Positions 29,341 through 38,393 of a stretch of 57,599 bases of DNA are shown here, in pieces. Position 1 is the first letter of the stretch. Each line of letters opens with the position of its first letter. The notes beneath the pieces were generated by a model. The model saw nothing but the letters and a program-made list of their open reading frames with translations, did not search any database and was not told the DNA's origin. The position numbers and the translations under genes are program-made. The stretch covers positions 1 to 57,599 of the forward strand of contig CALLMA010000021.1 of NCBI GenBank assembly GCA_938008015.1, given 5' to 3'. This stretch comes from an uncultured Celeribacter sp. Its GTDB lineage: Bacteria > Pseudomonadota > Alphaproteobacteria > Rhodobacterales > Rhodobacteraceae.

Positions 29341-29937
29341 ATGCTCTTAAAAGAATTAAATAGAATAGCGACCACGGCGCTTCCAATAGCAGATTTCAAA
29401 GAACATCTGCGGCTGGGAACAGGCTTTAGCGATGATGATGTTCAAGATAATTTGCTCGACATGTATTTGCGCGCTGCGATTGCCGCAATCGAGGGGCGCA
29501 TACATAAAGCGCTTATTGTCAGATATTATCTTTATACGGCGCATGCATGGAAAGATTTAAATTCTGTCACCTTGCCTGTTGGGCCGTTCCATTCAATCAG
29601 ATATTTCCAAGTATTTGATGTGACAGGGAAGCGGATAAATTATCCAACCAGTCAATTTCGCACGGAATTGGATTTTCATTCACCAAAAATTTTACCCAAA
29701 GGTATCTCATGGCCTCAAATTCCTGTTGGGGGTTATGCGCGGATATATTTTTATGCGGGAATTTCGCGCAGCTGGAATGAGTTGCCTGCCGATCTTGCGC
29801 AAGCCGTTTTCTTGTTGGCAGCGCATTATTATGAAAATCGTTATGAAAACGCTGCCTCAAATACCTCAATCCCCTCCCATATCAATGTTTTGTTGGAGAA
29901 GTATAAGAAGATCCGATTGTTCGGGGGACGCGGGTGA
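29341..29937 (+). CDS. GTA head-tail adaptor (g6-like)
   Basis: FKEHLRLGTGF, LRAAIAAIEGR, LPADLAQAVFLLAAHYYENR. Confidence 0.92.
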   Translation: MLLKELNRIATTALPIADFKEHLRLGTGFSDDDVQDNLLDMYLRAAIAAIEGRIHKALIVRYYLYTAHAWKDLNSVTLPVGPFHSIRYFQVFDVTGKRINYPTSQFRTELDFHSPKILPKGISWPQIPVGGYARIYFYAGISRSWNELPADLAQAVFLLAAHYYENRYENAASNTSIPSHINVLLEKYKKIRLFGGRG

Positions 29938-30278
29938 TGAAGAATGTTATACATTTAAACCGCAAACTTGTTTTAGAAGAAGCCCAAAGAACAGCAGATG
30001 GAGCTGGTGGATATCAAGAAGAATGGGTGCAAATCGGAACGATGTGGGCCTCAATTGAGGCCACGAGTGGGAGTGAAATTGGAGAAGATTTTCTTACGAT
30101 TTCACGCGCACCTGCAAAAATAATTGTTAGATCTGCGCCTCATGCTTCTGATCGACGGCCAAAGCCGGATCAGCGCTTTTTAGAAGGCGGGCGCATTTTT
30201 AAAATTCTATCTGTTAATGAAGCAGATCACCATGGGCATTATCTTTTATGCCAAACGCGTGAGGAAATTTCAGCATGA
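29934..30278 (+). CDS. GTA head closure/stopper protein (g7-like)
   Basis: LNRKLVLE..R.ADGAGG..W..GTMWA, RPKPDQRF.EGGRIF.I; ATGA overlap with g6. Confidence 0.9.
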   Translation: MMKNVIHLNRKLVLEEAQRTADGAGGYQEEWVQIGTMWASIEATSGSEIGEDFLTISRAPAKIIVRSAPHASDRRPKPDQRFLEGGRIFKILSVNEADHHGHYLLCQTREEISA

Positions 30279-30688
30279 GTTATGGTGTTTCCGCAGCATT
30301 ACAAACAGCAGTTTTTCAAGCTTTGTCAAATGACCTGACATTGCAAGGCCTTGTTGGGGACGCGATTTATGATGCCGCCCCAACGGGGCTCGTCTCTGCT
30401 CTTTATATCAGCCTTGGTCCTGAGGATGTCACAGATGCTTCAGATAAAACGGGATATGGGGCGTATCATGAATTTAGCGTGTCTGTTGTCGCGGATACGG
30501 CTGGGTTTTTATTAGCGAAAGAAGCGGCCGTGGCGATATCAGATATTCTGGTTGATGCAGATTTTGCGCTCTCGAGAGGGAAGTTGGTATTTTTGACTTT
30601 TCTTTCGGCCCGCGCTCGGCATGCGCAAGACAGTGATGTCAGACGCATTGATCTCCGATTTCGCGCACGCGTCCAAGATGCATATTAG
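30275..30688 (+). CDS. GTA tail terminator (DUF3168, g8-like)
   Basis: MSYGVSAALQTAVF, IYDAAP, LGPE..DASDKT, RRIDLRFRARV. Confidence 0.92.
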   Translation: MSYGVSAALQTAVFQALSNDLTLQGLVGDAIYDAAPTGLVSALYISLGPEDVTDASDKTGYGAYHEFSVSVVADTAGFLLAKEAAVAISDILVDADFALSRGKLVFLTFLSARARHAQDSDVRRIDLRFRARVQDAY

Positions 30689-30782
30689 ATAAATCAGTAA
30701 GTTATCCCCTTTTAGCCAATGTGACGAGCGGAAAGGGAGCTATTTTGAATCACTTATGACGAAATGAGAATGGAGCAAAACA

Positions 30783-31196
30783 ATGGTAGCCCAAAGTGGA
30801 AAAGACCTATTAGTGAAGCTTGATGTCGATGGCACAGGGCAGTTTGAAACAGTCGCTGGCCTGAGAGCAACTCGCATTGCTTTCAATGCAGAGACGATTG
30901 ATGTGACGACAATCGAAAGCCCCGGTGGATGGCGTGAGATATTAGGCGGAGCTGGGATTAAAAGCGCAAATCTTTCAGGGTCCGGTGTTTTTAAAGATGA
31001 AGCGACGGATCAAAAAGCCCGTGAATTGTTTTTTGCGAGTCAATTAGCCGTTTATCAGATAATCATTCCAGATTTTGGAAGGATTGAAGGCCAGTTTCAA
31101 CTCACATTCCTTGAATATGCGGGAAGCTATAATGGTGAGGCGAATTATGAAATGTCGCTGGCATCCGCTGGTGAACTGACTTTTGCAGCCTTGTAA
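30783..31196 (+). CDS. GTA major tail tube protein (g9-like)
   Basis: AQSGKDLLVK, TVAGLRATRIAFNAE, GGWREIL.GAG, IIPDFG, SLASAGELTF. Confidence 0.95.
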   Translation: MVAQSGKDLLVKLDVDGTGQFETVAGLRATRIAFNAETIDVTTIESPGGWREILGGAGIKSANLSGSGVFKDEATDQKARELFFASQLAVYQIIIPDFGRIEGQFQLTFLEYAGSYNGEANYEMSLASAGELTFAAL

Positions 31197-31199
31197 GCC

Positions 31200-31520
31200 A
31201 TGGTGGTGGCAAATCCATTGCAAGGGCAGGTTGCACTTACGCTTAACGGAAAGCGCCATGTCTTGAAGTTGACCTTAGGGGCCTTAGCAGAGCTTGAAGC
31301 AAGCATGCAACTCGACACGCTTGTCGCACTCGTGGAGCGCTTTGAGGTTGGCAAATTTTCTTCAAGCGATGTTTTGAGGCTTGTTGTTGCAGGGCTTCGG
31401 GGCGGAGGTTGGAGAGGCGGCTATGACGATATTTTGACAGCTGAGATCGAAGGTGGCCCCTTAGAAGCGGCGCGCGTGGGAGCGGAATTGATCCAGCGCG
31501 CTTTCTCAACGCCGACATAA
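31200..31520 (+). CDS. GTA tail assembly chaperone (g10-like)
   Basis: ANPLQGQV, LKLTLGALAELE, LVERFE.G.FS, AGLRGGGW; start may be one of the next GTG codons. Confidence 0.9.
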   Translation: MVVANPLQGQVALTLNGKRHVLKLTLGALAELEASMQLDTLVALVERFEVGKFSSSDVLRLVVAGLRGGGWRGGYDDILTAEIEGGPLEAARVGAELIQRAFSTPT

Positions 31521-31534
31521 AGAAGGTTGTGTGC

Positions 31535-31744
31535 ATGAGTATGTTTTCGGAGGGAAGTTTTGATTGGCCTGCGTTAATGCGCTTAGGCATCAAAGAAATG
31601 CGGCTAAAGCCTGATGATTTTTGGGCGCTTAGCCCCGCTGAGTTTTTGCTGATTATGGGGATCAATGAGGCGAGTGCACCTATGGCACGAAAGCGACTTA
31701 TCGAATTGGCGACTGCTTATCCCGACCTGAAAGAAGCGCCTTAA
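31535..31744 (+). CDS. GTA small tail chaperone (g10.1-like)
   Basis: FDWPALMRLG...LKPDDFWALSPAE, L..AYPD; start uncertain (31529/31535/31541). Confidence 0.88.
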   Translation: MSMFSEGSFDWPALMRLGIKEMRLKPDDFWALSPAEFLLIMGINEASAPMARKRLIELATAYPDLKEAP

Positions 31745-31780
31745 ATGAGTGCGAAAAAATAGTATTGAAGGTGTGTAGTT

Positions 31781-32458
31781 ATGGATGAAAGAGATGGCCT
31801 TGATGGCTTCGAAAATCGCGTTAGAGAAATTGAAACAGCCTTAGGTGGCGCGGATGCGATTGCGGCAAATTTTAACCGCGAAATGACGAAATTACAGACG
31901 ACAATGTCGCAAACAAATCAAGGGGTTCAGTCTCTTGAAAAGGGGTTGTCTCGAGGGCTTAAGCAAGCGATTGACGGGCTTGTCTTTGGGGGCGATTCAA
32001 TCTCAGATGCGCTCAAAGGGATTGGGCAGTCTGTTTTAAATTCAGCTTATAGCTCTGCTATCACGCCTTTGACAAAGCAACTTGGCGAGGGTTTGAGCTC
32101 GAGCATATCATCAGGGCTTGGTTCCTTGATTGGGGGCTTGTTACCCTTTGAAAAGGGGGGCGCTTTTTCGCAAGGGCAAGTGATGCCATTTGCAAATGGC
32201 GGCGTTGTATCTTCTCCCACCTATTTCCCGATGCGAGGCGGAAATACTGGATTGATGGGCGAGGCGGGCCCTGAAGCGATTATGCCATTAAGCAGGGATG
32301 CCAATGGCAAGCTCGGGGTCCGCGCTGAGGGAGGTGGCAAATCCGTCAATATAACAATGAATATTTCGACCCCTGATGTCGAAGGGTTTAGGCGCTCGCG
32401 TTCGCAAGTGGCGGCACAAGTCTCTCGCTCTTTAGGGCGCGGTCAGCGCAATCAATGA
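31781..32458 (+). CDS. GTA tail tape measure protein (short, g11-like)
   Basis: 225 aa; PFEKGG, MPFANGGVV, GLMGEAGPEAIMPL, STPDVEGFRRS. Confidence 0.93.
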   Translation: MDERDGLDGFENRVREIETALGGADAIAANFNREMTKLQTTMSQTNQGVQSLEKGLSRGLKQAIDGLVFGGDSISDALKGIGQSVLNSAYSSAITPLTKQLGEGLSSSISSGLGSLIGGLLPFEKGGAFSQGQVMPFANGGVVSSPTYFPMRGGNTGLMGEAGPEAIMPLSRDANGKLGVRAEGGGKSVNITMNISTPDVEGFRRSRSQVAAQVSRSLGRGQRNQ

Positions 32459-32516
32459 ATGTGTGATGAGAGCGAGGCTTTGTCATCAAATTTAAGATCA
32501 TTAAGGAAAATAGGCT

Positions 32517-33149
32517 ATGAATTTTCATGAAGTGAGATTTCCAACAAATATTAGTTATGGCTCTTCTGGCGGTCCGGAAAGGCGTACGGATATCGTGACT
32601 TTGGCCAATGGTTTTGAAGAGAGAAATACTCCCTGGGCCCATTCGAGAAGGCGCTATGATGCCGGGCTTGGCATGAATTCCCTTGATGATGTGGATGAAA
32701 TTATCGCTTTTTTTGAAGCGAGGCGCGGCCAAATTTACGGGTTTCGCTGGAAAGATTGGGCGGATTACAAATCTTGTGGGCAGAGCGCCGAGATTGCGGT
32801 GAGTGATCAGCTCATAGCGATGGGAGATGGTCTTCAGCTCTCGTTTCAGTTGATCAAGACGTATAGTTCTGGGGATGCCTCTTATCTGCGCCCAATATCA
32901 AAGCCTGTTGAAGGCACTGTTGCGATTGCGCTGGATGGTGTCGCCCTTAATGAGGGACGCGATTGGAACCTTGATTATAGCTCTGGATTTTTATCCTTCA
33001 CGAACCCACCCCCGCAAGGGGCACATATAACAGCTGGTTTTGAATTCGATGTGCCTGTTCGCTTTGATACAAGCCGCATTGTGAGCTCTGTTGCAAGCTT
33101 TCAAGCGGGTGAGATCCCCGATGTGCCTGTCGTTGAGGTGCGCGTATGA
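32517..33149 (+). CDS. GTA distal tail protein (DUF2460, g12-like)
   Basis: FHEVRFP, GGPERRTDIV, FFEARRGQ.YGFRWKDW.D, AGFEFDVPVRFD. Confidence 0.94.
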   Translation: MNFHEVRFPTNISYGSSGGPERRTDIVTLANGFEERNTPWAHSRRRYDAGLGMNSLDDVDEIIAFFEARRGQIYGFRWKDWADYKSCGQSAEIAVSDQLIAMGDGLQLSFQLIKTYSSGDASYLRPISKPVEGTVAIALDGVALNEGRDWNLDYSSGFLSFTNPPPQGAHITAGFEFDVPVRFDTSRIVSSVASFQAGEIPDVPVVEVRV

Positions 33150-34048
33150 GTGATTTTCCCCAAGATCTCGCAGAACATTTGCAAACAGGCGCGACATCTT
33201 TTTGCCGTTGTTGGTTTGTGCAAAGGCAAGATGGGCAGACTTACGGCTTTACAGATCATGATGATGATATTGCCTTTGATGGGATGGTGTTCCAAGCCGA
33301 TACTGGTGTGAGCGCATCTGCCTTGGAACAAACCACGGGGCTATCTGTTGATAATACGGAAGCCAGCGGCGCTCTCAGCTCAAGGTCTATTACAGAGCTC
33401 GATATTCAAGCTGGAAGGTTTGATGGTGCTGAAATTACATCATGGCTGATCAATTGGGCAGATGTCTCGCAAAGAGTATTGCAGTTTCGAGGGTATTTTG
33501 GAGAAGTAACGCGCGGGGCGGGTGCCTTTCGAGTTGAGCTTCGTGGATTAACAGAAGCCCTAAACTCTGATCAGGGGCGGATTTATCAAGCGCAATGTTG
33601 TTCTCAAGGAGAAAATTGCGTGTGCTCAAATGGCTTGAGTTCAACGCAAATTGGGGTGTCACTTCATGCTGATACCATCATTGATAGGCGCATTTTGAAT
33701 TTTAATTCAGGCTTAGAAGGATTTGATGCGAGGTGGTTTTCACAAGGGAAATTGATCGTGGAAACGGGCGAGGGCGCTGGGCTCTCTGCGTTGATTAAGA
33801 ATGATCGCATAAAGGGTGGTGTGCGTCAGATTGAACTGTGGGAAGAGTTGCGTCTTGATGTAACGACAAATGATCTGCTGCGCTTAGAGGTTGGCTGCGC
33901 AGGAAAAGCGGCGGCTTATAAAGAGCGGTTTGGAGATCTGACTGATTTTCGAGGGTTTCCACATATTCCTGGCGAAGATTGGCTGGCGGCTTATCCACGT
34001 AGTCGGGACGAGAATAGCGGCGAGAGCCTTGTTGGAGGTGCGCTATGA
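33146..34048 (+). CDS. GTA baseplate hub (DUF2163, g13-like)
   Basis: R.DG.TYGFTDHD, TGLSVDN, AGRFDGA, ELRGL, FRGFPHIPGED. Confidence 0.93.
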   Translation: MSDFPQDLAEHLQTGATSFCRCWFVQRQDGQTYGFTDHDDDIAFDGMVFQADTGVSASALEQTTGLSVDNTEASGALSSRSITELDIQAGRFDGAEITSWLINWADVSQRVLQFRGYFGEVTRGAGAFRVELRGLTEALNSDQGRIYQAQCCSQGENCVCSNGLSSTQIGVSLHADTIIDRRILNFNSGLEGFDARWFSQGKLIVETGEGAGLSALIKNDRIKGGVRQIELWEELRLDVTTNDLLRLEVGCAGKAAAYKERFGDLTDFRGFPHIPGEDWLAAYPRSRDENSGESLVGGAL

Positions 34049-34491
34049 TGTTGCGAGATAAAATTGTTGAGCACGCGCGCCATTGGATTGATACGCCTTA
34101 TCTGCACCAAGCTTCTTGTCGGGGTGCTGGGTGTGATTGTTTGGGGCTTTTACGCGGGATATGGCGTGAAATTTATGGTGATGAACCTGAAAAAATACCT
34201 TCTTATACAAAAGATTGGAATGAGCCTCAGGGCGATGAAATTTTATTGCAAAGAGCGCGCAAGCATCTCCTTGAAAAGCCCGTTGAAGCAATGGCTGTCG
34301 GGGATGCTTTGGTGTTTCGAATGCGTCAAGGCATGGTTGCAAAACATCTTGGCATTTTGTCGCAAGAGGGTGAAAACGCGAAATTCATCCATGCTTATAG
34401 CGGGCATGGTGTTATCGAAAATGCTTTAAGTGAGCCTTGGAGAAGGCGCATTGCGGCGTGTTTTTCTTTTCCTGAAATTGGAGATTTATAA
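34045..34491 (+). CDS. GTA NlpC/P60 cell-wall peptidase (g14-like)
   Basis: ARHWIDTPYLHQAS..GAGCDCLGLLRGIW, AKHLGI, FIHAYSG. Confidence 0.94.
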   Translation: MMLRDKIVEHARHWIDTPYLHQASCRGAGCDCLGLLRGIWREIYGDEPEKIPSYTKDWNEPQGDEILLQRARKHLLEKPVEAMAVGDALVFRMRQGMVAKHLGILSQEGENAKFIHAYSGHGVIENALSEPWRRRIAACFSFPEIGDL

Positions 34492-37400
34492 TGGCCACCA
34501 TTGTTTTAGGTGCTGTTGGTGCAGCGATTGGTTCTTCTGTTGGTGGAACAGTTTTAGGGGTTTCTGCTGCGGTGATTGGCAAGGCTGTGGGCTCTGCAAT
34601 TGGGGCGGCGGTGGATCAGCGTTTGATGGGGGCGGGAAGCGCGACTGTTGAAACGGGGCGCGTTGATCGCTTCCGTTTGATGGGGGCCTCTGAAGGCTCA
34701 GCGATTGCTCAAGTTTATGGACGCATGCGTGTTGGTGGCCAAGTTATATGGGCGTCGCAGTTTTTGGAAAAGACAACGACGTCTGGCGGAGGGAAAGGGG
34801 CACCTTCTCAGCCGGAGGTGACACAATTTAGTTATTCGGTCTCTATGGCGATTGCGTTGTGTGAGGGAGAAATATCGCGTGTGGGTCGGATTTGGGCTGA
34901 TGGGCAAGAAATCTCATCAAGTGATCTGAATATGCGCGTGTATAAAGGCTCACAAACACAATTGCCGGATCCAAAGATCGAAGCTGTTGAAGGGGCTGGA
35001 AATGTGCCGGCCTATCGCGGTGTTGCTTATGTTGTTTTAGAGGATTTAGAGCTTGCTGCTTTTGGTAACCGTGTCCCTCAGTTTACTTTTGAAGTGATGA
35101 GGCCGGCTCAAAAGGGGGAGTTTCAAAATGATATGTCGCATCTCGTCAGAGCTGTTGCGATGATCCCGGGATCGGGGGAATATTCTTTGGCGACGGAGCC
35201 TGTCTATTTGGATGGAGGTTTTGGCGAAACAAAGCCGATGAACCTCAATTCGAACTCTGGGGAAACTGATTTTACAACCTCTCTGCAAGCGCTTTCAGAA
35301 GAACTGACGAATTGCCGATCGACATCGCTGATTGTTTCTTGGTTTGGTGATGATCTGCGCTGTGGATCATGTGAAATTCAGCCAAAAGTCGAGCAATCTA
35401 GCGCTGATTCACAGCAAATGCCTTGGCAGGTTGCGGGGGTTTCAAGGAGTGAAGCGGCGCTCGTTCCATCCGATGATCAAGGCCGCCCGATTTACGGCGG
35501 CACGCCGAGTGATCAATCGGTGGTTCAGGCCATCGAAGCTTTGAAAGCCTCAGGGCAAAAGGTGATGTTCTACCCTTTCATCTTGATGGATCAAATTGAT
35601 GGGAATACGCTTCCTAATCCTTGGGAGGGTACGATCGGGCAGCCGAAACTGCCTTGGAGGGGGAGAATTACAACGTCACTGGCGCCACATCTGGCAGGGA
35701 CGCCAGATGAAACTTCTGTGGCTGATGATGAAGTAGCCCGTTTTTTTGGCCAAGCTCAAAGGCAAGATTTCACTGTTGAAGGCCAAAAGGTTATTTATCA
35801 TGGTGTGGCGGAGAATTCATTTCGCAAAATGATTTTGCATTATGCACATTTATGTGCGGCTTCAGGTGGTGTTGAGGCCTTTTGTATTGGCTCGGAAATG
35901 CGGTCTCTAACGCAAATTCGTGGGGCAAATGGTTTCCCAGCTGTTGAGCAATTGATCAATCTTGCCGAAGATGTGCGCCATATTCTTGGGCCGCAAACAA
36001 AAATTGGATATGCGGCAGATTGGTCTGAGTATTTTGGGTATCAGACTGGTAATAATGTTTACTATCATCTTGATCCGCTTTGGGCGCATAATGATATCGA
36101 TTTTATCGGCATTGATAATTATATGCCACTCTCAGATTGGCGTGATGGTGATGCGCATGCTGATGTAAGCTATTGCTCAATCTACAACCTTGAATATTTA
36201 AAGGATAATATTGAGGGCGGGGAAGGGTATGATTGGTATTACGCAAATCAATCTGATGCTGATCAGCAAATCCGATCTCCTATCACTGATGGTGCGTATA
36301 ATGAACCTTGGGTCTATCGCTATAAAGATATCAGAAGCTGGTGGGAAAATGAGCATTATGACCGCCTTAACGGTGTTCGCTCGACTGTTCCAACGTCTTG
36401 GGTGCCGCAATCGAAGCCGATTTGGTTCACTGAATTAGGCTGCGCGGCCATTGATCGTGGCACAAATCAACCAAATAAATTTTTGGATGCAAAATCATCA
36501 GAAAGCTCATTGCCGGCTTATTCAAATGGGCGCAGAGATGATTTTATCCAATTGCAATATATGCGTGCGATGAGTGAATATTGGGGCGATGCGGCTCATA
36601 ATCCACTCTCAATCGAATATGGCGCACCGATGGTTGATATGGCGAATGCTCACGTTTGGGCTTGGGATGCCCGCCCTTTTCCAGCTTTTCCAACGGCCAG
36701 CCATATTTGGAGCGATGGCGATAATTATGATCGTGGTCATTGGTTGAATGGGCGCAGTACGGCGCGCTCATTAGCAGATGTCGTTGCGGAAATATGTTCA
36801 AGATCAGGCGTGCAAGATATTGACGTTTCTGAGCTATGGGGGATCTTACGCGGATATAGCGTCGCAGATATTGCAGGGGCGCGCTCTGCTTTGCAGCCTT
36901 TGATGCTTGCCTATGGCTTTGAAGCCGTCGAACGCAATGGCAAATTGATTTTCAAGTCTAGAGGCGGAAAATCGAATATTTCGCTTACAACGGATATTAT
37001 GGTTCGAAGTGATGAGCTTGAGGGAGAGATTGAGCTATCTCGTGTACCTGATGCTGAAATTGCGGGGCAAGTTCAAATCAACTTCATTGATATAGACCGT
37101 GATTTTTCTGTTCGAAGTGAAGGCGCGGGCTTTGCCACGGCAGGGGTGCGTGGCATTGCTCTCTCAGAGCTGCCGATTGCCTTGACGCGAGGGGAAGGGC
37201 AAGAAATTGCCCAGAGATGGCTCGCAGAATCTCGTGTGGCGCGCGATAGTGCAAGCTTCGTTTTGCCGCCGTCTTTGGTGCAATATGGGGCAGGTGATAT
37301 TATTGAAATCAACAGCAATGCTAGCAATCATCACTACAGGATTGACCATTTGAGCCAAGGCTTAGGACAAACTGTCAAAGCTATACGTATTGAAAGTGAT

Positions 37401-38393
37401 GTTTATCGACCTTCAGATTCTTATGAAAGTTCGATTGTGCCAATGCTGCCAATCCCGGCACCCGCGCCTGTATCCACTCTTTTTCTGGATTTGCCGCTTA
37501 TTCGAGGTGATGAATCTCCGCATAATCCATATATTGCGGCCGTTGCGCGGCCTTGGTCTCGTCCAGTGGCCGTTTATCATTCTAGCTCAGATAGTGGCTA
37601 TGCTTTGGAGCGTCTCATTCAAACGCCTAGCCGAATTGGCATAACGCAAAATTCTCTAGAACGAGCGACAGCGGGGATTTGGGATCGAGGCGCCGCTTTG
37701 CGTGTCAAAATGATCAATGGAGCATTAAGTGCTGTTAGTGAGTTTGATGTATTTAATGGGGCGAACCTCGTCGCGATTGGTGATGGGGAAGAGGCTTGGG
37801 AGGTTTTCCAATTTGCACAAGCGCACCTCGTTGGTGAACGAGAGTATGAAATTTCGATGCGCCTGCGCGGTCAGCTTGGCACCGATGCCTTAAATAAGGT
37901 TTGGCCGGCCGGCTCAAAAATTGTCATGATCGATGGTCATATTGGCCAATTGGATTTGCCAATTTCAACGCGCGGGCTCGATCAGCATTTTCGCATTGGG
38001 CCGGCAGTGCGCCCAAATAATCATCCAAGCTATCGTTACCATGTCGAAACCTTTGAAACTGTGGGGCTTCGTCCCTATGCGCCCGTGCATTTGAAATCTT
38101 ATGCCCAGAGCAATGGTGAGACACGGGTAAGTTGGATTAGGCGTACAAGAATTGATGGTGACAGCTGGCAATCCTTTGAAGTCCCCTTGGGGGAAGGCAG
38201 CGAAGGCTATTTGGTTCAAGTTCTAAAAAACGGGCAAATCATACGAGAGGAAATCGTGAATGCGCCTATGTGGGTCTATTCAGCGCTGGCCAAAGTCGAA
38301 GATAATTTGAGTGGCGCATTTGAAATACAAGTTGCCCAAATATCGGAAAGTTATGGTGCGGGTTTATTTAGAAGGATTAGTGTAAATGGTTGA
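34491..38393 (+). CDS. GTA baseplate megatron / host-specificity protein (g15-like)
   Basis: 1300 aa; Gly/Ala-rich N-terminus, PAYRGVAY, FGNRVPQ, TIM-barrel region YAADWSEYFG..IDNYMPLSDWRDG, SWIRRTRIDGDSW. Confidence 0.95.
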   Translation: MATIVLGAVGAAIGSSVGGTVLGVSAAVIGKAVGSAIGAAVDQRLMGAGSATVETGRVDRFRLMGASEGSAIAQVYGRMRVGGQVIWASQFLEKTTTSGGGKGAPSQPEVTQFSYSVSMAIALCEGEISRVGRIWADGQEISSSDLNMRVYKGSQTQLPDPKIEAVEGAGNVPAYRGVAYVVLEDLELAAFGNRVPQFTFEVMRPAQKGEFQNDMSHLVRAVAMIPGSGEYSLATEPVYLDGGFGETKPMNLNSNSGETDFTTSLQALSEELTNCRSTSLIVSWFGDDLRCGSCEIQPKVEQSSADSQQMPWQVAGVSRSEAALVPSDDQGRPIYGGTPSDQSVVQAIEALKASGQKVMFYPFILMDQIDGNTLPNPWEGTIGQPKLPWRGRITTSLAPHLAGTPDETSVADDEVARFFGQAQRQDFTVEGQKVIYHGVAENSFRKMILHYAHLCAASGGVEAFCIGSEMRSLTQIRGANGFPAVEQLINLAEDVRHILGPQTKIGYAADWSEYFGYQTGNNVYYHLDPLWAHNDIDFIGIDNYMPLSDWRDGDAHADVSYCSIYNLEYLKDNIEGGEGYDWYYANQSDADQQIRSPITDGAYNEPWVYRYKDIRSWWENEHYDRLNGVRSTVPTSWVPQSKPIWFTELGCAAIDRGTNQPNKFLDAKSSESSLPAYSNGRRDDFIQLQYMRAMSEYWGDAAHNPLSIEYGAPMVDMANAHVWAWDARPFPAFPTASHIWSDGDNYDRGHWLNGRSTARSLADVVAEICSRSGVQDIDVSELWGILRGYSVADIAGARSALQPLMLAYGFEAVERNGKLIFKSRGGKSNISLTTDIMVRSDELEGEIELSRVPDAEIAGQVQINFIDIDRDFSVRSEGAGFATAGVRGIALSELPIALTRGEGQEIAQRWLAESRVARDSASFVLPPSLVQYGAGDIIEINSNASNHHYRIDHLSQGLGQTVKAIRIESDVYRPSDSYESSIVPMLPIPAPAPVSTLFLDLPLIRGDESPHNPYIAAVARPWSRPVAVYHSSSDSGYALERLIQTPSRIGITQNSLERATAGIWDRGAALRVKMINGALSAVSEFDVFNGANLVAIGDGEEAWEVFQFAQAHLVGEREYEISMRLRGQLGTDALNKVWPAGSKIVMIDGHIGQLDLPISTRGLDQHFRIGPAVRPNNHPSYRYHVETFETVGLRPYAPVHLKSYAQSNGETRVSWIRRTRIDGDSWQSFEVPLGEGSEGYLVQVLKNGQIIREEIVNAPMWVYSALAKVEDNLSGAFEIQVAQISESYGAGLFRRISVNG

